DNA of 64,000 nucleotides. Source: Octopus vulgaris. Lineage: Eukaryota. A program made the position numbers and the translations under genes. A model generated the notes under the pieces. It worked only from the letters and a program-made list of their open reading frames with translations, was not told the origin of the DNA and ran no database searches. This document shows positions 13,597-27,500 of this stretch, in pieces; position 1 is the first letter of the stretch; each line of letters opens with the position of its first letter. The DNA lies in the NCBI GenBank assembly GCA_951406725.2, contig OX597820.1, positions 20,150,001 to 20,214,000 of the forward strand, given 5' to 3'.

Positions 13597-15189
13597 CATC
13601 ACCATCATTATTACCATTATTATTCTGCTCTTGTGGCAAAATTTGAAACCATTATTATTATTATTGTTGTTGTTGTTGTTGTTATCATAATAATGATGTT
13701 GAGCAGGTAAAATTGTTAGTGTGTTGGAGAAAATAATTATCTGCCTTTCTTCTGGTTCTTTACGTTGAAATTCTGCCCAAGTTCGATTTTGTCTTTCATC
13801 CTTTTCGCTTTGATAAAATAAGGACTAGTTGAGCATGGACAAGGTGCGAGGTTGTTGGTAATATAATCGACTTCACTCTCTTAAAATTGTTGGCCTTGTG
13901 CCAAAATTGGAAACCATTTTTATTGTTGTTGCTGCATTAAATGTGATGAGCTAGCAGACTCATTAGCACACCAAACAAAGTACTTAGCAGTGTTTCATGT
14001 GGCTCTTTACACGTCCTGAGTTCAAATCCCACCAAGGTCGACTTTGCCCTTCATCCTTTCAGAGTCAATAAAATAAAGAATCAGGTAAAGACTGGAATAA
14101 ATGTTCTTGACTTGCTCTTCTCGCTAAGATTCTTTCTAGACTTGTGCCAAAATTTGAAATCATTATTATTTCTTCAATTAAAATTTCAACATAATATAGA
14201 ATTGCTAAGAGGTCAAAGGTCAGTTACAATTAAGAATTAAATGAAGAAATTGTTACCTTTCACTGAACAAGCTCCCAAAGTAAACGAGATGTCATCAAGA
14301 GCAATATCACCTCGCTTATTTGGTCCTTTCACAGCTTCAAATATCACCTGAAACAAATTAAATTTTATTTATAATTTATGATATAACTAATTAGAAATTA
14401 GTCATTTTTAATGTATACTTATATTTATGATTGTAATTTCATTTTTTGTTTGTTTTAGTTTTGACATTTCACTTCTTTAGAAATCCAAATTACGGAGATG
14501 TAAACACACCAATATTGGTTGTCAAGGGATGTTGTGGGGACAAACACAGACACACAGACACAGACACACAAACACAGACACACACACAAATGTGCACACA
14601 CACACACACACACACATACAATGGGCTTCTTTCAGTTTCCATCTATCAAACCCACTCACAAGGCTTGGTACCACACACTGGGATTGAACCTGAAACCATG
14701 CAGTTGGGAAGTGAACTTCTTAACTACAAAGCCATATGGAAGTCTAGCTGTGGAATAAAAATAAATGGAAATGTTAGAAAGTCTTAACTTACTCTGTAAA
14801 GATTTTTCGATGTCTTTGCAATATCAATTGTTGCTGTATCCACTTGCCATTTATTAGCTTGGTTTCCAGAAATATGGTAAATTCTGTCCATAATATTGCC
14901 AACCTGTAAAAGACAGATGAATATATTTCTTTTAATTCCATCACATGTTATCTTTTACCTCTTGTTTGTTTCAATCATTGGATTGCAGCCACACTGGAGC
15001 ATATAACATTGGATGGGGGGCTTAGACGAACAAACCAACCCCAAAACTTATATGTTTTGTAAATCTGGTACTTATTTAATCTGTTACTTTTGCTGAACTG
15101 CTAAATTATGGGAATGTAAACAAGCCAGTACTGGTTGCCAAGCAGTAAGCAGGGACAAACACAAATACAAAAATACATATACATACACC

Positions 15190-15232
<43 letters not shown>

Positions 15233-15460
15233 TCACATATGAGGAGGTGCTGAAAAGTTCCTGGTTTTAAGGGTGTTGCAAAAGGCCTGGCTGGAGGCCC
15301 AACCTTCTGAGTTTTTTTTATAGGGCTTAGAAAAACTGAAGGACCACTGCAATAAGTGTGTGAATACGAGAGGAGAATATGTTCAATAAAATCATAATTA
15401 GCTGATCCTCCTGGAGTTTCTTTTATCCAAAGCCACGAATTTTTCAGCATACCCTCATAC

Positions 15461-15513
<53 letters not shown>

Positions 15514-18500
15514 TGTTCAGTTTACAAGGAAAGATCCAGAAGAACAGTTAAAAGATAGCCAGATGGTCACATAAGTGTCTTAGGAATTTGTAATCACACT
15601 TGTGTGTGAGTTAATTCCAGGAAGATGTGAGATGTGTTCTGGAGAACATAAGAACAATGGAAAATGGAGGCAAATGCCCAAGATGTTATTTAAATCATTT
15701 ATATCACCATATCACTGACGTCGGTGATATGGTGATATAAATGATTTAAATAACATCTTGGCCATTTGTCTCCATTTTCCATTTTTCTTTTATATAAATG
15801 TATATGATTTTATTTGTTAAAAAAGTCAGAAACCATGGTCCAGGAAATAGATGGTAAATGTTTTTATTTTTCGTTCCCTTCGAAGTTTTATCCCTAATAG
15901 GGGTTTGGACTTTGGCTGTTCCTTCTAGCGTGAAAGGAATCCTATAACGGATACCTGTTATGTGTTTAAATGTACACTGTATTTATATGAATAATATATA
16001 GTCTATTGACTAATTTTTCTACATGCTAGGCCACAGGTAGAAAAAATTTCTAAAATCTTTATTACCCTGATATTAATTATTGATAATTTTTTCTGGAAAA
16101 TGTTTGAAGCAACACTGGTATTATTTTTTACTGCTGACAAAAAACTGCACTTGCACTGTGCATTTGAAAATTATAATGTATAAACATGAGGCACATGCTG
16201 GATTGTCTCTTACTTATATGTTTAATCTAGGTGTACCTGTTGATGAAGACTTCGCCTAGCAAATTATTTTATTTGCTAAAAAATGTCAGAAACCATGGTC
16301 CAGGAGATAGATGGTAAATGTTTTTATTTTTCATTCCCTTCGAAGTTTTATCCCTAATAGGGGTTTGGACTTTGGCTGTTCCTTCTAGCGTGCCAGGAAT
16401 CCTATGATGGATACCTCTTATGTGTTTAAATGTACACTGTATTTATATATATATATATATATATACAACACACTCCACGCAATTTCCATCTACTAGATTC
16501 ATTCACCAGGCATTTGTTGGCCTGGGGTTAGAGAAGAAGACACTCACCCAAAATCCAGAGCAATGGAATTGAACCTGCAACCATACAGTTGCAAAGGAAG
16601 CTCCTTAACCACTCAACCATTTTTCCTCTCAACTTCATTTGAACTTGTATATTTGTTGTTAAAAAAAAAAGACTCCGCCGGTTACGACGATGAGGGTCCC
16701 TGCTGATACGATCAACGGAACAGCTTGCTCGTGAAATTAACGTGCAAATGGCTGAGCATTCCACAGACACGTGTACCCTTAACATAGTTCTCGGGGATAT
16801 TCAGCGTGACACAGAGAGTGACAAGGCCGGCCCTTTGAAATACAGGTACAACAGAAACAGGAAGTAAGAGTGAGAGAAAGTTGTGGTGAAAGAGTACAGC
16901 AGGGATCACCACCATCCCCTGCCGGAGCCTCGTGGAGCTTTTAGGTGTTTTCGCTCAATAAACACTCACAACGCCCGGTCTGGGAATCGAAACCGCGGTC
17001 CTATGACTACGAGTCCGCTGCCCTAACCACTGGGCCATTGCGCCTCCACAATGTTGTACACTAGCAGAATTTAAAAGTGTATAACTAACCTTTGTGTAAA
17101 TATTCAGAGTACCGATTCCATTTCCATACATGTGGTAATAAAACTTTAGGCAAACGCTGTCGGTGTTTTTGTAAAATGGACTTATCAGAGATGATTTCAC
17201 TGTTACGTTTCCATCCATTGCACTCACATACATATAATGACCTGTCAAAGAGAAGAAAAAAAAGCTGCTTGTGAGTAAACATTAACCCTTTAACATTCAG
17301 ATCAATCTGTTGACTGTAAGGCTTATTTATTTATATTGCTTCGAATCAATCATGCATGGAAAAGTAGACGTTAAAAAGATGATGACAATGATGAGGTGGA
17401 TTACATTGATGAACCAGCACCGCCTCGACTGGCTTCTGTGCCGGTGGCACATAAAAAGCACCATCCGAGCGTGGCCGTCTGCCAGCCTCGTCTGGCACCT
17501 GTGCAGGTGGCACGTAAAAAGCAGCCACTACACTCGCGGAGTGGTTGGCGTTAGGAAGGGCATCCAGCTGTAGAAACACTGCCAGATCAGACTGGAGACT
17601 GGAGCAGCCCCTGGCTCCCCAGACCCCGGTCGAACCGTCCAACCCGTGCTAGCATGGAAAACGGACGTTAAACGATGATGATGATGATGATGATGAGAGC
17701 TGTGTGTGATTTGCATGAACTTGGTTGCTATTTCTAGTGGATCAAGTGACCTCAAATGAAGCTTTCTCAGCTGTTGCAGCTGTTACTAGTTAATCAGAAT
17801 CTGCTCCAGCAAAGAAGAGTTCAGGGTGAAACAAGAGTTCAGTGTTATACTAAGATTCATTACTAAACTGAGTTCAGTGTTTCAATCTTTAAAACTTGAG
17901 AAGGTTGACTTTGTTTGTCTTTCATATATGAGGTGGGTGCTGAAAAGGTCCTGGCTTTAAGGATATCATGAAAGACCTGGTTGGAGGCTGAACCTTCCTA
18001 GTTCATTTCTTGTTTCTTTTCTACCCACAAGGGGCTGAACACAGAGAGGACAAACAAGGACAGACAAACGGCTTAAGTTGATTACATCGACCCCAGTGTG
18101 TAACTGGTACTTATTTAATCAACCCCGAAAGGATGAAAGGCAAAGTCAACCTTGGCGGAATTTGAACTCAGAATGTAACTGCAGGCGAAATACCTATTTC
18201 TTTACTACCCATAAGGGGCCAAACACAGAGGACAAACAAGGAGAGACAAACGGCTTAAGTAGATTATATCGACCCCAGTGTGTAACTGGTACTTATTTAA
18301 TCGACCCCGTAAGGATGAAAGGCAAAGTCACCTTGGCGGAATTTGAACACAGAATGTAACGGCAGGTGAAATACCTATTTCTTTACTACCCACAAGGGCC
18401 AAACACAGAGAAGACAAACAAGGACAGACACATGGATTAAGTCAGTTACATCGACCCCAGTGTGTAACTGGTACTTAATTTATCGACCCCAAAAGGATGA

Positions 18501-21500
18501 AAGGCAAAGTTGACCTTGGCGGAATTTGAACTCAGAATGTAACGGCAGACGAAATATGGCTATGCATTTCGCCCGGCGTGCTAACGTTTCTGCCAACTCG
18601 CTGCCTTCCTAGTTCTTTTCTGAAGGAGTGTTACAATAAGTGTGTGAATCTGAGAGGGGAATATGTTGTATAAAATCATAATTGACTGATCCTCTGTATT
18701 TTCTTTTACCCAAAGCCAGGAACTTTTCAGTAGTTGGATAATACCTATAGTCTAACCAGATTGTGCTTGGAAATCCAGCTGGAAAGTCTAATTATGGTTG
18801 CTTCTGAGGACTTTACTCTCATGAACCTCCCAAGAATGGTGAATGAAGAAAATGGATGGATGGATGGAAGTTATGAATGAAAGCAGATGACTCCACAGAA
18901 CAATCAGTTGTTAGTAGTTTTCTCAAAAGAATATCTTACCTGAAGATGATTCTAATGTATGATCGTTTGTTGGTCCGGTTCCTAAGGTATCTGTGCTACC
19001 GGAATGTTGACTCCAGCGGAAATCTGTTGTGTTTTCAACTGAGAAACCACATATGTCGTTAGCTTCAAAATTACAACTCCGCTGTGCAAGAGGAACAGAT
19101 ATATCAGGTTTCCTGGTTGTGAGTTCTGCAAATGATAAAAAGGAATCAGTAAATGTGAAAAAAAATACCACCAAAAAACAAATCAGGAATGAAAATAAAA
19201 CCAAAAATAAATTAAACAGATAGACGTAAGAGTGGCTTTGTGGTAAGTAGCTTGCTTACGAACCACATGGTTCTGGGTTCAGTCCCACTGCATGGCACCT
19301 TGGGCAAGTGTCTTCTACTATAGCCTCAGGCCGACTGAAGCCTTGTGAGTGGATCTGGTAAGTGGAAACTGAAAGAAGCCCGTTGTACATATGTATATAT
19401 ATATGTATGTGTGCGTATATGTTTGTGTGTCTGTGTTTGTACCTCCCAACAGCGCTTGACAACCGATGCTGGTGTATTTATGTCCCCATAACTTAGCGGT
19501 TCAGCAAAACAGACCGATAGAATGAGTACTAGGCTTACAAAGAATAAGTCCTGGGGTCGATTTGCTCGACTAAAGGCGATGCTCCAGCATGGCAGCAGTC
19601 AAAATGAATGAAGCAAGTAAAAGAGAGATAATGATTATCTTAAAGGAATTAATTAAATAGACACTTAATAAAAAAAAAACCCACTGTTACAAAACATTGT
19701 CAGGTTTATAAAATCATTGACGGTGAGTTGCAAATCAAAATTTCCAAATGCAAAGACAAATGATTGAGACCGTTGACAATATGCCATGCTTGAGAAGACT
19801 CATCCAGCCAAGTGAAATCAGTCTTGGAAGATACTGGCATCATGCAACTGGCACCCATGTTAGTGGCATGTAAAAGCACCCATCACACTCTCAGAGTGGT
19901 TGGCATTAGGAAGGGCATCCAGCCATAGAAACTATGCCAAATCAGACTGTTGGCACATGCATATTGTTTTTGAATTTGCCAGCTACACAGTATAGTAGGG
20001 TCAGTTGGGCACCGTCAGTAAGAAAAGCAGCACTGTGATGCAATTCACTCAGCCAGAAATTTGGAAAAGGTGGCAAGCTGGCAGAAACATTAGCATGCCT
20101 GGCGAAATGCTTTGTGCTATTTTGTCTGCTATTACATTCTGAGTTCAAATTCCACCGAGGTTGACTTTGCCTTTCATCCTTTTGGAGTCAATAAATTAAG
20201 TACCAGTTATGCACTGGGGTCAATGTAATTGACTTAATCCCTTTGTCTGTCCTTGTTTGTCCTCTCTATGTTTAGCCCCCTGTGGGCAATAAAGAAATAA
20301 GAAATTTGGAAACAACATGCAGTACTGCTTGGCATTTGAGCCAGAAGCTCCAATATAAACATTTCAGAGTGTTTGGGTGTCAATCTGAGGACAGTGCAGA
20401 GGATTTGGAAAGAGTCGAATAAGGCTAATGGTGATTATGAATAACAGGCAGCTCGGAAAACTCACTCTGATAAGAGAAGAACTCCTGAATTTGTTGGTGA
20501 GGTCCAGGCCATGATTCACAACAATCCCTCCAAGTCAATCAGGTTCATTGCTAGGGGCAGGTGAGTGCCTGAGTTTCTTATCATGCAAGTAGTGCATGAA
20601 GATATTCGGTATTCCTTATACAAGATGAGAAAGGGATAGCTTTGATCCCAAGCCATCAAGGACAAGAGGAAAGACCACACTATGAAGCTTTTGAACAAAC
20701 TCAAGCATCCCTCTCCCACCAAGCATGCTTTAGTTTTTCTCAGACGAGAAAAATTTCTGCCATGATAAGATGGTGAACGCACAGGACAAACATTGTCTTG
20801 CTGTGTCCCCAAAACATGTACCAAGAGTAATAGAAATCAAACATCCAGTCAACATCATGTTGTTTGGAGTGAGCACAAGTTATGGCGATGTTATGCCTCC
20901 ATTCATCTTCCCACATGGCCTCAGACTCAACATGGAGGCCTACATCAAGTGCCTGGAGGAGGTAGTGGCTGCATCCACATAACTTAGCTGTTTGGCAAAA
21001 GAGACCGACAAAATAAATCCCAGGCTTCAAAAACAAGTACCGAGATCAAGTCATTCTACAAAACCATAGAAGCCAGTGCTCCAGTATGGCCACAGTCCAA
21101 CGATCAAAGCAAATAACTGATAGCATTGTCTTTCTTGTCTTCTCCCTAAAAACTAAAGTGTTAGTGCCATGCTTTTGTCAGGATTATTGTTAAAGGTTTT
21201 GTTACTTGATCAACAATGAACGTTTGTGTGCAATTAGAAGAGACAAGATCATTTAGACTTACCATTACAGGTGCCATGAATGAGAAGAATGTCATCAATT
21301 GCGATATTACCGAATGTTGATTGTTTCACTTTCCCTTCAAAGGTAATCTGGAATTAATAAGCAGTAAAAAATGTCTTACAGTGCAACATGAGACAGTCTA
21401 AAATTTTAAACCATAAACATGCTAATCCTCATCGTCGTCATCGTCGTCGTAGTTGTTGTCATTGTCGTCATCGTCATCATTGCTATCGGCATTGTCCTCA

Positions 21501-24500
21501 TTCGCATTGTCATCATCATTATCATCGTCGTCGTTGTCATCATCATTGTCAGTGTCATCATCATTATCATCATCATCATTGCCATCGTCACTGTCATCAT
21601 CATCATCATCATCCTCATCATCCCCCTCACTACTATCATCATCCTTATCATCATTGTCATCACCATCACCGTAACATTATCGTTGTCGTTGTCATCATCA
21701 TCATCATCTTTGTCATCATCCTCATTATCATTGCCCTCATCATTGTTGTTGTTGTTGTTGTTCTCATCATTGTCATCGTCTTTGTCATCATCATCCTCGT
21801 GATTATTGTCATTGTCGTCACAATCATCATCGTCATCATCATCATCATCATCATCATCACTTCTGTCTGATCCATTAAACAATAATGATGATGATGATGA
21901 TGATTATGATAGTATTAAACAGTTGAGTAATATTAAATAGTTGGATAATTATAATGTAGTAAGGATTGATATGTTAAATTAAGCAATAATGCAGTAAAAA
22001 ATATGTGATCCACCTGGTAAAAATTTCTTTATTTAATATGTTTAATTTGTTAATCAAGTAAGTAAAATCAGGACCACTTACCTTAAAGGGCCGTGTTTGT
22101 AATATCAATAATTTCCCCTGTTGCCACTGATTTCCCTGGGTGCCTACTCTCACCCAGTGCGGTGCTTTCTCTTTCAAGTTGCTTTTCGTAATGTACACCT
22201 TAAATGCTTCAATATTTGGACCATACATATAATACCAGAATGATAAGCACATCGGGTACCCTGCGACAGGTGTAATGATTTGACTGTGAAGATGAGCTGT
22301 TTGACCAACATTGGATGGTAAGTTCATATAGAAACCATTGGCTGCATAAAGACAACAAATTAAAGATTAAAAATTAATCTGGAAATTCAGAATGGAAACA
22401 TTGATTAGATCGACCCCAGTATGCAACTGGTACTTAATTTATCGACTGAAATGGTTATGGGCACTGCTTTCCCTCTAAAGTGATAAAAAAGGATATCTTT
22501 TGCTTGAAGGTTATGTAACTTATGTGTTGTCTTCAATTCAAAAGTTAATTCCATTGATATTAATTTAACATTACTTACCACTTGTGTGATCAGCAATTGG
22601 TCCTTGACCACCAAAATTCTTGCTTTGAGTCCGAATCCAGTCAGAAGTATCATCATGTCCTTGAATCCATTTACAAGTATTGTTGAGAAAATTACAATTC
22701 ATAACAACCTCTGTGATAAAGAAAAGTTTAAGATGTTGTTAAAACTAAGATATTAAACAAATTTCGTTTTTGGATTTGGTCTGCAAGATTCTTTATATGA
22801 GTTTGTGTGTTGAAGCATATTCTGTTGTGTCTGGGGAGAGTCATTTTTTTTGTGTCTTATATTGTAGCACACCCACCGGTAAAATTTCCACTTATTTCTT
22901 TTTTATTTATTTTTTTTTAAAATTTTACCGGTGAGTGTGTTACAATATAAGGCACAAAAAAAAATGACTCACCCCAGACAAAACATAATTTAAAGAATTA
23001 TTAAGTAATTAGTTAAAATTCAGTAACACGTTAGCATTTGCTTGTAAATAAGGCATGAAGACCTGGATAACTCCTTATCCAAATTTTTCCAATGAATGTA
23101 GTTTTAACATAGTTTTAATGAGGAAAAGCAAGGCCTGGGTGTAACGTGTGTTGAAAGATTTCTATTAACAATTTGATTCAGAATTTCTTTTTATCAAGGA
23201 ACTCCTGCTTACAGAAACATTATAAAATACCCAATGAACAATTGACACAATCTGGTCAAGATCAGCTTCACCAGATGAGAATGGAGGGGAGGCATCTTTG
23301 CTTATATATATATATTTGTAAGCAAACACTGAAGTCAGTCAGAATATATAAACAGGGTGTCCCAAAAAAATGTATACACATAGTGGTTCGGCAAAAGAGA
23401 ACGATAGAATAAGTACTAGGCTTACAAAGAATAACAAATTTACAATTATTTAAGGTGTGTATACATCTTTTGGGGACACCCTGTATATATATATATATAT
23501 AATATGTGACAATTATTCAGTAGCCATGATAAATCTCTGAGTTTTGGATGTCACGGTGGAAGACCACGCCGCCATCTCTTCAGTTATCCGGCCATCGTAA
23601 AAATGCTATGAAAATGACCATTAAACAAAGGGAAATTACTGTGTGATTGACTGTTATTAAAATAAAAGAGCTATCTATGGTATGGTGGTGTATGGTGTAG
23701 TGGTGTGTGGTGTGATGTGATGATGTTGGGATGTGGGGTATGTATGTATGTATGTATGTATGTATGTATGTATGTATGGGGTTTCACTGAATAATGTAGG
23801 GGTTTCACTGAATAAACTATTGTATCTTATACTTACTTCCTGGTTCAATTGTTGCATGACTTGGTGTTATGCTTTTCCTTGTAGTCTTGACAAGAGGTTT
23901 CTGTAAATTTGCTTTTGAAGGAGTTGCTGTAAATAAAAACAGTAAAATGCATCAATGAGTCACTGATATACTCTAAAGTGTACTCTAACCACTGGCCCAC
24001 AAATGTACTGCCTCCTCCCATAGTCATGTTTCCAATTTTATTATGACAGCTACACTTAAAGACAAGGCTAGTGTGAGTGCTCATTTGGTCAATAAGAATT
24101 TGTGGTCATGAAGCATGGACTCTGGACAGATTTGAAGAAAATCTAATCAATGTTCTTGAAATGTGAGTGTATAGCAGAATGATACGGGTTTCTTACAAGG
24201 ATCATTGAATAATTCAATTGGGGATACTATAAGAAAGTTGTTGTGTGGACGCCCCAGATGATGAAGTAGGCTAGCCCAATATGTAGATATAGAGGGAGAA
24301 GTCTAGACGTCGTTAGAGTAGCAGTCAGAGGAGCACAGAGCAGAGTAGTAGATGAGAGAACCGTTGAGTAGAGTAGAGAGCAGTTTTGAGTAGTAGAGGC
24401 ATCCAAACGTGTGACATAACAAAAGTGAAAGACGACAACTTCTAAACATTGTGAAAAAAACAAAAGCTTATCTATTATGGCCATATCTGATGACGTAGAA

Positions 24501-27500
24501 GTTTGGAAAACATTATCATGGGAGAAAGAGTAAAGGGTAGGTGATCAAGAAGCAGAAAAAGAACAATAAAAGAGCAATTTCAAGAGCTGGTTGGACAAAA
24601 GTAGCAAGGCAGCTGAAGAACTCATGCTCAATTGGGAAAGGTTTTGTTGAGAAGTCATCAATGCACTGAAGGTTAATTTTGGGGTTGAAGCAGTGGATCA
24701 GCAGAGCTTCTTTTATAAGTAGGTTGCCAATGTTCCTCTCCAAGGCTAGTTTGGAGGCGTGTATCAGCTAGGTGGTGTTACCATGAACTTAACTTAACCA
24801 ATAAAAATACACAATAAAACAAACTAGGTGAAAGAAAAAAAGAAAACCCCCTGAAATATGAAATAAAAGACAAAACTTACTTTTACATTTTATGCTAGTC
24901 ATAGCAAAATCATCAATTGCAATTCCACCTGTGTTATTCAGACCAACGATTCCTTCAACAACCAACTGTAAAAAAAAACCCCAAAGTAATTAGATACCAA
25001 AAGTCTTTCATTTGTTTTTGATTTTTAGAAATAGCTTTTGTTATTTTTTTTATCCTTTTCTTGTTTTGATCCATTGGACAGAAGCTATGATGGGGCACCA
25101 CCTCAAAGGGTTTTGACCCAAGCACTTATGATTTTTATTTCTTTTTCCAGTTTGGTACTTATTCTATTGGTTTCTTTTGCCTAACCCCTAAGTTGCAGAG
25201 ACATAAACAAACCAACACCAGTTATCAAGCAGTAGTTAGTTGGCAAACACACACACACACACATACACTTAGATAGGTCTGTCTGTCTGTCTGTCTATCT
25301 GAGTGAACTGGAATGACATGAAATCAAGTATCTTGCTCAAAGATACAATGTGCCACCTGGAATTGAACTCACGATCTTATGATCATGAGTCACATATGCT
25401 AACCACTAAGCCACACACCCTTGCAATATACACACACATATACTGTATAAACACATATTTTTTTATATATTTATGCGCCCTTTTCAAACCTAGCCAGGCT
25501 CATGGGCCCAGTTTCCCGGTTTCTATGGTGTATGTGTTCCCCTCAGCTGGACAGGACACCAGTCCATCGCAGCATTACTCAAGAAACAGGAAGAAAGAGT
25601 GAGAGAAAGTTGGGGTGAGAGAGTACAACAGGGGTGGCCACCACCCCACTTCTGGAGCGTCGTGGAGCTTTAGGTGTTTTCGCTCAATAAACACACAACG
25701 CCTGGTCTGGGAATCGAAACCACGATCTTCCGACTGCAAGTTCGCTGCCCTAACCACTGGAGCATTGCACCACCACTATAAACACATATAACCACATATA
25801 TACATGTGCATGTGTGTGAATACAGACAGACAGACAGATATACCAAAGTATATGACATTAGGTGATTTGAAATAAAAGATTTATTTACATAAAAATTATT
25901 TGGTTGGGGTCGAATTTCAATGGAGGCATAATGCCATACGGGCCCTTGGTCTCCAACAAGGGTCCAAAGAAGCTCTGTTTTATGATCTTCGTTTTCTTTG
26001 TACACTGTCAGTTGACCAACGTTTCCTTTCATATGGTAAAAGAACTGTAAACATTTTGTCTTCACTCTCATTGAGAAAGATTCACTGGTTAACAAAGCTC
26101 GGGTGTCTTCTGCTTTGGACTTGCTGGCATCGAGAAACAGGTATGTCCCTAAAATAAGTAAAAAAAAAATAATAATAATAATAGCAGCAGCAGTAGCAGT
26201 CGTTCAAGAATTTGGACCTGGAGATCTCCATTTCCAGCAACTTCAAGGGCCACCTCCCAGTGGTGTCGGGCATCAATGAAGAGCCTTCGACAACAAGATG
26301 ACCAAAGTTTTCTTTTTATTTTCCAAGGTCTGGGGTCTCCCACCCTTAAGCCCTAGACCATCACCTAATCACCCTTACCCGTCTTGTTGCTTAACAACAA
26401 CAACAACAACAACAGCAGCAGTAGCAGTAGTAGTAGAAATAATGGTTTCAAATTTTGTTACAAGGCCAGCAATTTTAGAAGAAGGGGTAAGTTGATTACA
26501 TTGACCCCCAACTAGTACATATTTCACTGACTGAGAGGATAAAAGTCGAATGGACCTTGGCAGAATTTGAACTCAGAATGTAAAGATTGGTGGAATGCCA
26601 CTGAGTATTTTGCCTGGTGTTCTAACAGTTCTGCCAGTTCACCACATCAGTAGTAGTAGTAGTGGTAGTAGTAACAATTATGGTTTCAAATTTTGGCACA
26701 AGGCTGGCACTTTTGGCTGAGGTGGGTAAGACAATTACATCAACTCCAGTGCCCAACTGGTACTTCTTTTATTGACCTCTAAAGGACGAAAGGTAAAGCT
26801 GACCTTGCTAGAATCGGAACTCAAAACCGGAAGAAATGTTACTTAGCATTTTGTCCAGTATAAAAATGATTTTGTCAACTCACCACCTTAATAATAATAA
26901 TAAATGCCCTGATGCAGTACCAGGCAGTGGTTCTTGTGGCTTCCGAGCTTAACTGATTGGAAGTGTTATCATGTACATTGTTTTGTCTTGGTATAAAAGA
27001 TGGGCTACAGCAAATATTCTGCTCAATACCACAGATTTGCTTGTCAGTTGTCTGACCATAACCAGTTGAGCATGTCCCTGAGTGGCTGACAATGTGTACA
27101 TCTCTGACCACGAGCAGAAGTAGTGGGGGAGCATCATAGCCATGTGTTGATGTGTTGAGAGGGATTCTTTGGAGTTTCAATGTTATTATTATTATTATCA
27201 ATATTATTAAATATGGCATAGTGGTTAAGAGTGGGTTACTAACAATAAGATTCCGAGTTCGATTCCAAGCAGTGACCTGAACAATAATAATAATAATAAT
27301 AACAACATAGAAAACTACCTTAGGAATGAGAACCCAGGTTCGAAATTTCCCCAAGACACCTGAAGAAGGCTGGAGAGTATATCAGCCGAAATGTTGTATT
27401 AACAACAAACAAGATGAGGACAAATATCCGTCGAATGTAAATAATGTAAATAATGTACGTAATTCCTCATCTCTTAAATATAGGACTGTGGTTTTAAAAT

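Noticed and set aside
24481-24522. CTGATGA..GAAA next to the PLE fragment (also CTGATGA at about 10371 and CTGAAGA at about 60854)
   Set aside because: No convincing stem II or stem III, or no GAAA box; the 24481 motif is also opposite in strand to the GIY-YIG frame.
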